From assembly GCA_963827115.1 (NCBI GenBank), contig CAWGZS010000002.1:47323-111322 (forward strand): a stretch of 64,000 nt of DNA. The letters run 5' to 3'. The notes under the pieces were generated by a model. That model did not search any database. It was not told where the DNA came from and worked only from the letters and a program-made list of their open reading frames with translations. The stretch's first letter is position 1. Each line of letters starts with the position of its first letter. The DNA is from an uncultured Acidimicrobiaceae bacterium (lineage in GTDB: Bacteria > Actinomycetota > Acidimicrobiia > Acidimicrobiales > RAAP-2). Shown piece by piece: positions 47,950-58,221 of this stretch. Position numbers and translations under genes: made by a program.

Positions 47950-48651
47950 TCAGATCGAGAAGTCCTCGCCCGACCAGATGCCCGACTGCGGCGGGCGAAC
48001 GTGGCGCCCCTCGAGTTCGGTCCCCGCGAGGGACTCGAGGCTGTCGACGCGGCTGGCCAATGACGTGAGGCTCAGGCCGATGAGGTCCGGCATGGCGCTG
48101 TCGTCGATGTCGGAGACCTTCGACGCCGTGCGTGGTGTGGTGCGGGCGATTATCCGCCCGGGTATGCCCACCACGACGGCGTGGGCCGGCACGGATCCCA
48201 CCACGACGGCGTTGGCGCCGATGCGGCTGTCGTCACCGACGGTGATCGGCCCCAAAACCTTGGCCCCGGCACCGATGGTCACCCGGTCGCCAATGGTCGG
48301 ATGACGTTTCCCCTGATCAAGACTGGTTCCTCCGAGGGTGACGCCTTGGTAGATGGTCACGTCGTCACCGACCTGGGCTGTCTCGCCGATAACCACGCCG
48401 TTGGCGTGGTCGATGAAGATGCCCGAGCCGAGCGTGGCGGCGGGGTGGATCTCGACGCCCGTGAGCAGTCGCGCCAGCGACGAGCCCGCTCGGGCGGCCA
48501 GCTTCAAGTCCCGCGACCACAGCCAGTGGTTGAGGCGGTAGGCCCACAGGGCGTGGACGCCGGGATAGGTCAACGCGACCTCGAGCAGGTTGCGCGCGGC
48601 CGGATCGCGATCGAGCGCGGCGTGCAGGTCTCGCCGTAGTTCGCCGGACAC
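47950..48651 (-). CDS. cysE: serine O-acetyltransferase with extended C-terminal tail
   Basis: Has the hexapeptide-repeat core ([32 protein letters not shown]...[19 protein letters not shown]). The tail ends ...GEDFSI. It lies immediately downstream of cysK. Confidence 0.9.
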   Translation of the reverse strand: MSGELRRDLHAALDRDPAARNLLEVALTYPGVHALWAYRLNHWLWSRDLKLAARAGSSLARLLTGVEIHPAATLGSGIFIDHANGVVIGETAQVGDDVTIYQGVTLGGTSLDQGKRHPTIGDRVTIGAGAKVLGPITVGDDSRIGANAVVVGSVPAHAVVVGIPGRIIARTTPRTASKVSDIDDSAMPDLIGLSLTSLASRVDSLESLAGTELEGRHVRPPQSGIWSGEDFSI

Positions 48652-49587
<936 letters not shown>

Positions 49588-49608
49588 TTTCGCACCTATT
49601 CTCTTTAA

Positions 49609-49630
49609 TTTTCCGGTAATTACCGGAAAA
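49609..49630. promoter_or_regulatory. 22-bp perfect palindrome TTTTCCGGTAATTACCGGAAAA upstream of cysK
   Basis: Read from the sequence. It lies 22-43 nt upstream of the proposed cysK start, inside a locally AT-rich stretch. It is a candidate operator; the regulator is unknown. Confidence 0.35.
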
Positions 49631-49981
49631 AAGGTATTCTCGATAAACTTAATCGGGATTATGGGCACCGTGACAGTCCGGGGCGGCCGCCGGGTGGTCG
49701 GTCGCGACCTCAATGCCTCGCACGGCGTGTCGGCAGCGGCGCCTCGAGCGCGTCCGCGAAGAATGAAGCATTGCCGGGGCCGATCGTGACGGGTTCCAGG
49801 GTGCTGTGAGGGACCAAGTTTCTCCAGGTTGTTCCGTCCGGGGACGATGGCAATCCGTAGAATGGGTCCCGTGCGCCTGTACTACCGCTGTAGAGCACGA
49901 GAATGCTCTCGCCGTATCGTCCGCGGGCGGATGCCTGCCGCGATGGCCCTCGCCAGCCGACAAATATCCTGGTGGTCCTAG

Positions 49982-50686
49982 GTGACCCGGATTCTCATCG
50001 TTGAAGACGACCAGGAGATCATCAAGCTCCTGGAGAAGTTCTTGGAGGGCGACGGCTACGAAGTGACGGTGGCGGCGGACCTGGCGGGTGCGCTCATGGC
50101 GACCTCCTCGCTCAGCCCCGACCTGGTGCTCTTGGATATCGTCCTGGGCGCCGAGGACGGCCGCGACGTGCTGCGCGAGATGCGCCTGATCAGCGACGTG
50201 CCCATCATCTTCCTCACGGGTCGCGGCCTGGAAGCCGAGCGGATCGCCGGGCTCAAACTGGGGGCCGATGACTACATCGTCAAGCCCTTCTCCTTGGGGG
50301 AGGTGTCGGCGAGGATCGAATCGGTGCTTCGCCGCTCCGGCGTCAACCTGGCCCAGCACCAGATCGACGCGCCCACCATGCGCTTTGGCGAGCTGCAGAT
50401 CAATGAGAGCACCCACGAGGTGAAGCTCGACGGCACCCTGCTCGAGCTCACCTCCAAGGAGTTCGCCCTGCTGGCCTTCCTGGCGTCGTCGCCGCGCCAG
50501 GTCTACTCGCGCGCGCAACTCCTCGAGCACGTCTGGTCGTCGTCGAGCGAGTGGCAGAACGAAGCGACGGTGACGGAGCACATCCGCCGGCTGCGGGCCA
50601 AGATCGAGGTCGACCCCGATAACCCCCGTTGGATCGCCACCGTGCGTGGTGTGGGGTACCGCTTCGAGCCCGAACCGGTCAACTAG
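49982..50686 (+). CDS. OmpR/PhoB-family response regulator
   Basis: Receiver (IVEDD, LLDIVL, FLTGRG, DYIVKPF) plus a winged helix (EHIRRLRAKIE...VRGVGYRF). It converges on the hybrid kinase gene with a 21-nt gap. Confidence 0.9.
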   Translation: MTRILIVEDDQEIIKLLEKFLEGDGYEVTVAADLAGALMATSSLSPDLVLLDIVLGAEDGRDVLREMRLISDVPIIFLTGRGLEAERIAGLKLGADDYIVKPFSLGEVSARIESVLRRSGVNLAQHQIDAPTMRFGELQINESTHEVKLDGTLLELTSKEFALLAFLASSPRQVYSRAQLLEHVWSSSSEWQNEATVTEHIRRLRAKIEVDPDNPRWIATVRGVGYRFEPEPVN

Positions 50687-50707
50687 ACCGACCTCGTCGA
50701 AGGGTCG

Positions 50708-53293
50708 TCAGTTCGCGGCAGGCTGTTCGTGGCGCGCGAACAGGCCCCGAATCTCGGCCACCAGCTCGCTCGGGCGAAAGGGCTTGGCCAAGAATGAGCT
50801 CGTGCCGGGCAGGAGTCGCTCGAGCAAGCTGGCGTCCGCGCTTCCCGACATCAGCAGCACCAGCAGGTCCGGATTGGTGGCCTGCAGGGCTTGGGCCAGC
50901 TCGTCGCCGCTGATGAGGGCCATTACCACGTCGCTGAGCAGCAGGTCGATGGGTCCTTCGAAGTCGCGGGCCAGTTCCAATGCCAGTTCGCCCGAATCGG
51001 CCTCCAGGACGAGGTATCCGCTGTGTTCCAGCACCTGGACCATGAGCTGTCGCAGGCGCTGGTCGTCCTCCGCCAGCAAGATCGTGGCCGTTCGTCGCGG
51101 CTCCTCGGCCTCCAACGGGGACGGCTCCCGGCTCGCCTGCTCGTCGACCGTCGGGAGGTGGATGGCGAAGGTCGTCCCCACGCCGACCTCGCTGCGGCAT
51201 TGGATCGAGCCGTCGCTCTCCTCCACCAGGCGCCGAGCCGACGCCAGGCCGAGTCCGGTGCCTTTGAACGGACCCTTGGTCGTGAAAAGGGGCTCGAAGC
51301 AGCGCTGGCGGGTGGCCTCGTCCATCCCCTCGCCGTTGTCGGTGACGGTGATCTCGACGTAGGTGCCCGACGTCACGTTGAGTTCGAGGGCGGCGTCGGG
51401 GTCGACGGTGCGCGGACCAACCGAAATACTCAATTGGCCGCCCGAGGGCATGGCGTCGCGGGCGTTGATCGCCAGGTTCAGGATCATCTGCTCGAACTGG
51501 TCGGCGTCCACGCGGACGTTGCCGGTGTGCTCGTCGAGCGACCACACGACCTCGACGTCGACACCCACGATGCGTTCCAGCACCTCGGCGATCGATGAAA
51601 TGGCCTCGGTGGGGCTCAGCACCACGGGTTCGGGCTCTTTGGTGCGCCCGATGGCCTGCAACTGTTCGGTCAGCACCGAAGCCCGCGTGGCCGTGGTTTG
51701 GATTTCCTTGACCATCTGGGCGGCCCGGTCCTGGGAGTCGAGGTCGGCGGCCAGGATCTCCGCGTAACCCGAAATGAGGGTGAGCAGGTTGTTGAAGTCG
51801 TGCGCGATGCTGCTGGCGACCCGGCCGCGGGTCTCCATTTGGTGCGCGTGGCGCAGTTCGGATTTGAGCTCACGATGGTCGGTCACGTCGTCGACCAAGG
51901 TGAGGATGCTGGCCAGCTCGTCGTCGGCGGAGGCCAACAAAGCGGCCGAGGCGGTCAAATCCCTGCGGCGTCCCCTGATATCAACGTCGCTCAGGTCGCG
52001 GCCGCTGGCGAAGTTGCCCGCGAGCACGTCGTCCCACAGCACCCGGAGGCGTTCCCGTGACGACTCCGGGAACGTAGGTTCGCGTCCGGCCATGGCCTCG
52101 TGGTATTCGGGCCAGGCGAAGATCCGCGCGCCGCTTCGGTTCCACCACCGGACCCGACCGAGCGTGTCGACCTCGACGATGCCGACCGGCGCCGACTCGA
52201 CCAGGATGCGCCAGCGAGCCTCACTGTGACGGATGGTGCGGCTGAGCTCGGCGCTCGCCAGGGCCGTCGAAGCCATTTGCGCTAACAGTGTCAGCACTTC
52301 TTTATCCTCGGTGGCGAACTCCGAGTTGGTTTCGCGGCGAATCGCGACGACGCCCCGGGCGTGGTCCCTGCGTTCGAGCACGGGGGCCACCAGCCAGTCG
52401 CCCTCGCGCCACGGCCCGGAGTTCTCGAGGCGGGTGGTGGGAAAGGCATCGGCGATTCGGTCATTCGGGCCGAGTGAAAGGGGTTTCTTGCCCCGCTCCG
52501 CCACACCGTAGAGAGGGGCGGCGGGGCCCGATTCCAGGGTCACGATGGCCAAGTCGGCGTTGAAGACGTTGCGGGTGCTGCTCGCGAGGCTGAGGAGGAT
52601 CTCCTGTTCGCTGCGCAGGCCCGCCACGGTGATGGAGGAGGCGATCAGCTGGTGGAGTTGGCTGGCGATCCGTTGGGTGTGGCGCACGGCTTCGCGGGCG
52701 TCCTGATGCAGCAGCAGGCGCTCGACGGCGGTCGCGGTCTCCCAGATGAGGTCCTCGACGGCTCCGATCTCGTAGTTCTCATAACCGGGATGGCGCTCGT
52801 CGCTGACGAAGCTGATGGCGGCGAAGGGCTGGTCGCTCAGTTTGAGGGCGACCGAGACGCACCAGGGAGCCTGGGTCCCGTCGGCCGGCCACGTCTCGGT
52901 GGTGCCGCTCGCCAGGACCCGGGACGCGATGGCCCGGAGGTCGGGCACCCTTACGTCCAGCCCCGCGACGCAGCACGGTTCGATCTCGTTCTCCCGACTC
53001 AGGTGGTCACAACCGTTGTGGCGCACCGCGAAGCGGCGCGGCAGCCCGTGGGGGCCGGTGAGATCAATGACGCACCAGTCACAGAACGAAGGGACCACCA
53101 CGTCGAGCAGTTCGACCAGGTTGGACTCCACGTTCGCGCCGGACAACGTCGTGGTGGGCGACCGTCGCACCGCGGCCAGATGCTGGCGCAGCCTGAGCAC
53201 GCGCACCGTCTGGCGCACCGAAGCCGCGGCGCCCGACGCGGGCTCTTCCTTCGGCTTCCTTCGTCCGGACCCTTTGTCTGCTCGTGCCATCAT
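50708..53293 (-). CDS. cytoplasmic hybrid sensor histidine kinase (GAF-like x2, PAS, HisKA, HATPase_c, receiver)
   Basis: 861 aa with no hydrophobic helices. It has an H-box SIAHDFNNLL, N-box LNLAINARDAM, G-boxes DNGEGM and GTGLGLA, and a C-terminal receiver (ILLAEDD...LLLSDVVM...AKPF). Confidence 0.9.
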   Translation of the reverse strand: MMARADKGSGRRKPKEEPASGAAASVRQTVRVLRLRQHLAAVRRSPTTTLSGANVESNLVELLDVVVPSFCDWCVIDLTGPHGLPRRFAVRHNGCDHLSRENEIEPCCVAGLDVRVPDLRAIASRVLASGTTETWPADGTQAPWCVSVALKLSDQPFAAISFVSDERHPGYENYEIGAVEDLIWETATAVERLLLHQDAREAVRHTQRIASQLHQLIASSITVAGLRSEQEILLSLASSTRNVFNADLAIVTLESGPAAPLYGVAERGKKPLSLGPNDRIADAFPTTRLENSGPWREGDWLVAPVLERRDHARGVVAIRRETNSEFATEDKEVLTLLAQMASTALASAELSRTIRHSEARWRILVESAPVGIVEVDTLGRVRWWNRSGARIFAWPEYHEAMAGREPTFPESSRERLRVLWDDVLAGNFASGRDLSDVDIRGRRRDLTASAALLASADDELASILTLVDDVTDHRELKSELRHAHQMETRGRVASSIAHDFNNLLTLISGYAEILAADLDSQDRAAQMVKEIQTTATRASVLTEQLQAIGRTKEPEPVVLSPTEAISSIAEVLERIVGVDVEVVWSLDEHTGNVRVDADQFEQMILNLAINARDAMPSGGQLSISVGPRTVDPDAALELNVTSGTYVEITVTDNGEGMDEATRQRCFEPLFTTKGPFKGTGLGLASARRLVEESDGSIQCRSEVGVGTTFAIHLPTVDEQASREPSPLEAEEPRRTATILLAEDDQRLRQLMVQVLEHSGYLVLEADSGELALELARDFEGPIDLLLSDVVMALISGDELAQALQATNPDLLVLLMSGSADASLLERLLPGTSSFLAKPFRPSELVAEIRGLFARHEQPAAN

Positions 53294-53403
53294 GATCCGT
53301 TAGCGCCGCCCGTGGCCTTCGTTCAGCGTCGACCCCGTGCACGTCACGTGCGCAAGCGTTCGCGTCGGGGGTTCCAAGCGACGTGAGGACGGCGAGACGA
53401 GGT

Positions 53404-54225
53404 TCAAAGGGGCTTTCCTGAGAAAATGGCGAAGTCCTCGAGGAAGCGGTCGATCTCGAACGCTTCGTGGGGGGTCGAGAAGAAGAAGCCCTGCCCGATG
53501 TCGACCTCTTCGAGCTGCAGGCGCTTGACCTGCTCGGCGTCCTCGATTCCCGACGCGAAGATCTGGACCTTCATCGACCGGGCGAGCTGCACCAGGTTGT
53601 GGATTTGCGTCACGACCTCGGTGTTGGTGATGCCGGCGATGAATCCCTTGTCCAGCTTGACGATGTCGATCGGGAAGGCCTCCAGGTTGTCGAGCGGGGA
53701 GTCACCCGGGGCGAAGTCGTCTACGGCCAGTCGAACCCCGAGGTCCTTGAGTGCCAGGAGATGATCGTGACTGGCGTCGGCGTCCTGGGCCAGGGTCTTC
53801 TGCGAGAACTCCAGGACGAGCAGCGCCGGGTCGAACCTGCTCGACGCCAGGGCGTCGGCCACGTCCTGCGTGAATTGGGAGAGCTCGAGCTGCTTGGACG
53901 AGATGTTGATTGAGACCGCGAATCGGTAGCCCTTGGCGTGCCAGGCCGCCGCCTGGGCGCACACGGTGTCGAGCGTCCATCGTCCGACCGGGACGATGTG
54001 GCCGCTGGCCTCCAGCTCGGAGATGAAGGCCTCGGGGTTCACCACGCCGCGAACCGGATGGCGCCAGCGAAGCAGCGCTTCGACGCCCGCGAAGGCGTCG
54101 GTCTGCAGGTCGATCGTCGGTTGGTAGACCAGGAAGAACTCGTCGCGTTCGAGGGCGGTGCTGAGGTCCTCGATGAGGGCGACGGCGTCCTTGGCGGAAT
54201 CGGGACTCTCAGGCTCAACTACCAT
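53404..54225 (-). CDS. stand-alone EAL-domain protein (putative c-di-GMP phosphodiesterase)
   Basis: 273 aa. Motifs present: FLVYQP, VEALLRW (EAL), SINIS, DDFAPG, KLDKGF, SGIED and GQGFFF. There is no GGDEF or sensor domain. Confidence 0.88.
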   Translation of the reverse strand: MVVEPESPDSAKDAVALIEDLSTALERDEFFLVYQPTIDLQTDAFAGVEALLRWRHPVRGVVNPEAFISELEASGHIVPVGRWTLDTVCAQAAAWHAKGYRFAVSINISSKQLELSQFTQDVADALASSRFDPALLVLEFSQKTLAQDADASHDHLLALKDLGVRLAVDDFAPGDSPLDNLEAFPIDIVKLDKGFIAGITNTEVVTQIHNLVQLARSMKVQIFASGIEDAEQVKRLQLEEVDIGQGFFFSTPHEAFEIDRFLEDFAIFSGKPL

Positions 54226-54580
54226 CGTGCTTCGCTTCCCTTAGGGTTCCATCCGAATAAGAACGATAGAGGCAACGACCAGGGTCCCCTCGTAGTGACG
54301 ATACCAGTCATCTCCCGAATAATTGGAAGCGCCGTGGAGCGACTCCAGCCCCGGAATTGATGCCGTCGCGGTGCTCGGAGGTCTAACTCGGCCCGGCGGG
54401 TTGTCTGGCCCAATCGACCGGCACCAGCCCTCTCCTCACCTACCGCCAATCGGTTGAGGTCCTTCTCCGGCGGAGTCGGTCCGCGTGCACATTTTGGGGG
54501 AAACGACGGATCCTGCTTCTATAGACTCGGCGCATGATCGCTCGGCGCCACGCGTCACTGAGAGCCCGAAGCCGGGTGTC

Positions 54581-55534
54581 GTGAAAGTCCTGGTAACCGG
54601 CGCTGCTGGCTTCATCGGCTCGACGACCGCCGAACTCCTGCTCAACCACGGCCATGAAGTGGTCGCCCTCGACAGTCTTGTGAGCGGCCGTGAAGAGAAC
54701 GTGCCCAAAGGGGCGCGGTTCGTTAAGGGTGACTGCGGCGACGTCGAGTTGGTGGCGTCCCTTGGGCACTTCGACGCCTGCGTCCACTTCGCCGCCAGGA
54801 TCGAGCCGGCGGAGTCCATGAAATTCCCTGAAACCTTCTTCAATAACAACGTGGCGTCAACGTTTCGACTGCTCGACGCTCTGGTGCAGTCGCGCGTCGA
54901 GCGTTTCGTCTTCTCGTCGTCGTGCGCGGTCTACGGCGATCAGACCGAGATGCCCATCGACGAGGAGAGGCCCGCGAACCCGCACAGCCCGTACGGCCAA
55001 TCGAAACGGATGGTGGAGGAAGCGCTGCACTGGCTGGCGCAGCTCGGGAGGATCAAGGCGGCGACGCTGCGCTACTTCAACGCCGCCGGCGGGACGCTCC
55101 TGCACCCCGAGAACCACAATCCCGAGATTCACCTGATCCCCATCGCCCTCGACGCTGCGACCGGCCGCCGGGATCACCTCGACATCTACGGCACCGACTA
55201 TCCGACCCCCGATGGCACCTGCATTCGCGATTACATCCACGTGAGTGACCTCGCCGTCGCTCACATCAGGGCCATCGAGGCCTTGGGGGAACACCAGGAA
55301 TTGACGTTAAATCTCGGCACCGGCGTGGGTTCGTCCAATCGTGAGGTCGTCGAGACGGTGAAGAGGGTGACCGGGCAGGAGTTCGAAGTGAGGTACACAC
55401 AGCGCCGACCCGGCGATCCCGCGGCGGCAATCGCCAGCAGCGATCGGGCCCGCGACGTGCTGGGCTGGCGACCCGAGCGCTCCAGCCTGGACGACATCGT
55501 CACGGACGCTTGGGCGGCCTATCAAACGCTGTAG
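54581..55534 (+). CDS. galE: UDP-glucose 4-epimerase
   Basis: Track ORF trimmed to GTG 54581 (VKVLVTGAAGFIGS). The catalytic YGQSK and RYFNAAG blocks are present. Confidence 0.9.
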   Translation: MKVLVTGAAGFIGSTTAELLLNHGHEVVALDSLVSGREENVPKGARFVKGDCGDVELVASLGHFDACVHFAARIEPAESMKFPETFFNNNVASTFRLLDALVQSRVERFVFSSSCAVYGDQTEMPIDEERPANPHSPYGQSKRMVEEALHWLAQLGRIKAATLRYFNAAGGTLLHPENHNPEIHLIPIALDAATGRRDHLDIYGTDYPTPDGTCIRDYIHVSDLAVAHIRAIEALGEHQELTLNLGTGVGSSNREVVETVKRVTGQEFEVRYTQRRPGDPAAAIASSDRARDVLGWRPERSSLDDIVTDAWAAYQTL

Positions 55535-55715
55535 CGGTGGTGCCTCTTCGGGTGAGAATCGCGCGACAAGACCGCGTCGATGCCGCCACCGCGGGTCCCG
55601 AAATGCTTGAAAACGCCCGTATTTGAACCGGTCCGGGGAAGGTTTGGTTGCTTCTCGGCGGAATTGGGTTGTAGTTGAGGTCGAGTTGGTAGCCGTGTGA
55701 TTCTGCTCTGCGAAT

Positions 55716-56939
55716 TTGGAATTCATGAGCAAGGGCACACGTCGGCAATTCAGGTTCGGAAACGGCAATCTTCGTATTTCCAAGGTGGTGACGCTGATTG
55801 TCGCGTCCAGCGTCTTGGCCGCGATCGTCAGCATCGAGGCGTCCGCCGCCATCAAGAACCAAGGCTCTGCGGGAACGACGTCCGCCGTGACGTCGACGAC
55901 TACGGTCTCCGCCATCGTTCCTACGACCCCGGTTTCCTCGCACGGCCAGCACCGGACTTTTGGTTCATCGACGAATTCTGGTCGAAACTCCTTCTCCGGG
56001 AACTCGTCGTCGCCCGGATCAACCGGGTCGAGCACCCAGGACTCGGCGTCCACTACTACAACGACGCCGCCCTCGACCACGACCACCACGGCATCGACGC
56101 CTATCACGGCCGCGACGACGGCGTCGACCCCGCCACCCACGACCACGACCACATCTCCACCCCCGCCGCCTACTACGACGACCACCACGCCACCCCTTCC
56201 GCCCACGACCACCACGACCGTCGCGGCCCCGCCTTCCTCGCTTCCCACTGGAACGCCCGACGCCTCCGAGCCCTCCGGCATGGCGCCTCCGTCCGCGAAC
56301 GCGCTGGCCGGTTTCACGAGAGCTACGTGAACGACTTCAACGGCTCGTCCCTGCCTTCGGGTTGGGACGCGTATAACGGACAGCCCGGTGGCGACCCTGG
56401 AGCGCATGTTCTCGAGCTCGCACGTTGTCGTCAGCAACGGCATGCTGCAGCTCAACACCACGCAGGATCCCGCGTTCAGCAATGAGTGGGTCACTGGCGG
56501 TCTGTGCCAGTGCGGGGTTAGGCAGACCTACGGCGCCTACTTCGTGCGTTCGCGGTTGACGGGCGCCGGTCCCGCGGCCATCGAGTTGCTCTGGCCGACC
56601 GGCAGCTGGCCGCCAGAGGTTGACTTCAATGAGACCGGCGGAGGCATTTCGGGGACGTCGGCCACTGTGCACTACGGGGCCGCCAACAGCCAAAGTCGTC
56701 GTGCGCTCAGCATCGATATGACGCAGTGGCACACCTGGGGAGTGATCTGGACGCCATCTTCCATCACCTATACGGTCGACGGGAACGCGTGGGGGACGGT
56801 CACGTTCCGCGGCCGAGATCCCGAGTCAAGCCATGACCTTGACCTTCAGCAGCAGACTTTTTGCGCTTCTGGTTGGGCCTGCCCGCGCGCCCCGCAGTCC
56901 ATGCAGGTTGACTGGGTGGCGGAGTACAGCTCGAACTAA
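55716..56939 (+). pseudogene. membrane-anchored Thr/Pro-linker GH16 glycoside hydrolase, interrupted by two compensating frame changes
   Basis: In the frame of 55716: a signal anchor plus a long T/P-rich linker, ending at TGA 56328-56330. The GH16 N-terminus FHESYVNDFNGSSLPSGWDAYNGQPGGDPGA lies in a second frame (about 56312-56405). The rest, including the catalytic E-x-D-x-x-E (WPPEVDFNETGG), returns to the first frame (56388-56939). Confidence 0.65.
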
Positions 56940-57084
56940 CCGGCAATTGAGAGAATTCTTTGGCCCGACCAGCCGGTCCAGCGGCGAGTGTGTAATGTTC
57001 GGAAATCAGGGTCCGCGGTCGTGCGGCCCGGAACGCAGATGCGAGTTTCGGTTGGGTCGAAATAGTTGCAATGTGAATTTTGAA

Positions 57085-57360
57085 TTACAGGCTAGCGATT
57101 AAGGTGTCAACACGAGTAATAATCTGATCCTGGAGTTGATCATATTTTTGCATTACGACGTCGGAGTTAGAGAGAGCAGCGTGCAAACAGGGACCGGTTC
57201 GAGATGGACGCTCCGGGACCCCTCGGGCCGTCGCGTCGGTCCAGCCGAAGTCCGGGTCAATGGCGCGCCCAATGCCGAGGCGGAACACTCGTGGCATCGC
57301 GAAAGTGCGCGGAAAATCACAATTTTCGAACACAATCTTCACTATTTCGAGGGTTGACAT
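57085..57360 (-). CDS. hypothetical small protein (91 aa) in AT-rich spacer; weak call
   Basis: The part of track ORF 57085-57627 that does not overlap the plus-strand GT2 gene, starting at ATG 57360 (MSTLEIVKIVFENCDF...). No family recognised and coding status is uncertain. Confidence 0.3.
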   Translation of the reverse strand: MSTLEIVKIVFENCDFPRTFAMPRVFRLGIGRAIDPDFGWTDATARGVPERPSRTGPCLHAALSNSDVVMQKYDQLQDQIITRVDTLIASL

Positions 57361-57421
57361 TACCCCTCTTTGCTGGGAGTCTTTAACATGCAAGGGCGGA
57401 TTAGAGGGAATGGTGTGAGGA

Positions 57422-58179
57422 TTGTCGACGCCGAGAGACTGTTGGAGCAGGTGGACGCATGGTTGGGCTGGCGACAAGACTCGCTCGTTGGCCAGCGTTT
57501 CAGTAATTATCCCCACACTTAATGAAGCGGGGAATCTTCCGTTCGTTCTTAATACGATCCCCCACTGGGTGGATGAGGTCATCATCGTCGATGGTCGTTC
57601 CGGCGACGATACCGAGCGCGTGGCCAAAGTGCTGCGGCCCGAGGTTCGAATCGTTCATCAGACGCGGCGCGGGAAGGGAGCGGCACTTCGAGCGGGGTTC
57701 AACGCCGCCAAGGGAGAGATGCTGATCGCTCTCGACGCCGACGGGTCGATGGACGGGAGCGAGATCGCGGTCGTTCAGAGACGCGCTGCTTGTCGGGAGC
57801 GGACTTCGCCAAAGGAAGTCGCTTCCTGTCTGGTGGTGGCTCGGCCGACATCACGCCGTTTCGCCGATTCGGTGACGGTGGAATCTGCTTCCTCATGAAG
57901 TTGATGTTCGGCGCACGTTGTTCGGACGCGACGTACGGTTACTTCGCCGTCTGGACCGACCGGCTGGATTGGCTCAACATCGATTCCGACGGATTTGAAG
58001 TCGAGACGCTCATCAACATTCGCGCTCGCCGCGCAAGGCTGAGGATCGTCGAGGTCCCTTGTTTCGAATCTCATCGAATTCACGGGAATTCAAATCTGAA
58101 CGCCGTGCGTGACGGCTTTCGGATCTTGCGCGTGATCGTGCTCGAGAGGCTTCGGAGATACCGTGTTCCAACGGCCTGA
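57422..58179 (+). pseudogene. GT2-family glycosyltransferase (DPM1-like), frame broken twice within 20 nt
   Basis: VSVIIPTLNEAGNL...VIIVDGRSGDDT...GKGAALRAGF...ALDADGSMDGSEIAV is in one frame (track 57422-57898), FRDALL in a second, and SGADFAKGSRFLSGG...FEVETLINIRA...NSNLNAVRDGFRIL in a third (track 57790-58179). The true start may be TTG 57488. Confidence 0.7.
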
Positions 58180-58221
58180 GGATTTCATGGAGGATGAAGC
58201 GCCACGAGTCGCACGGGCATC

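Noticed and set aside
46224-48068. 614 aa plus-strand ORF spanning the repeat-protein gene, the small anchored protein and part of cysE
   Set aside because: It crosses three well-supported minus-strand genes and their spacers. It is Gly/Arg/Ala-rich without motifs, which marks it as an antisense artefact.
49710-49898. 62 aa minus-strand ORF in the cysK-regulator gap
   Set aside because: It has no ribosome-binding site that I can see and no recognisable features. The region is treated as non-coding.
55307-56494. 395 aa minus-strand ORF opposite galE 3' end and the GH16 gene, rich in GGVVVVV repeats
   Set aside because: The valine/glycine runs are simply the complement of the Thr/Pro (ACC/ACG/CCG) linker codons of the plus-strand gene. 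They are not an independent gene.
57085-57627. Full 180 aa minus-strand ORF
   Set aside because: Its N-terminal half overlaps the plus-strand GT2 coding region, which has strong motifs. I kept only the non-overlapping 91-codon part, as a low-confidence hypothetical.
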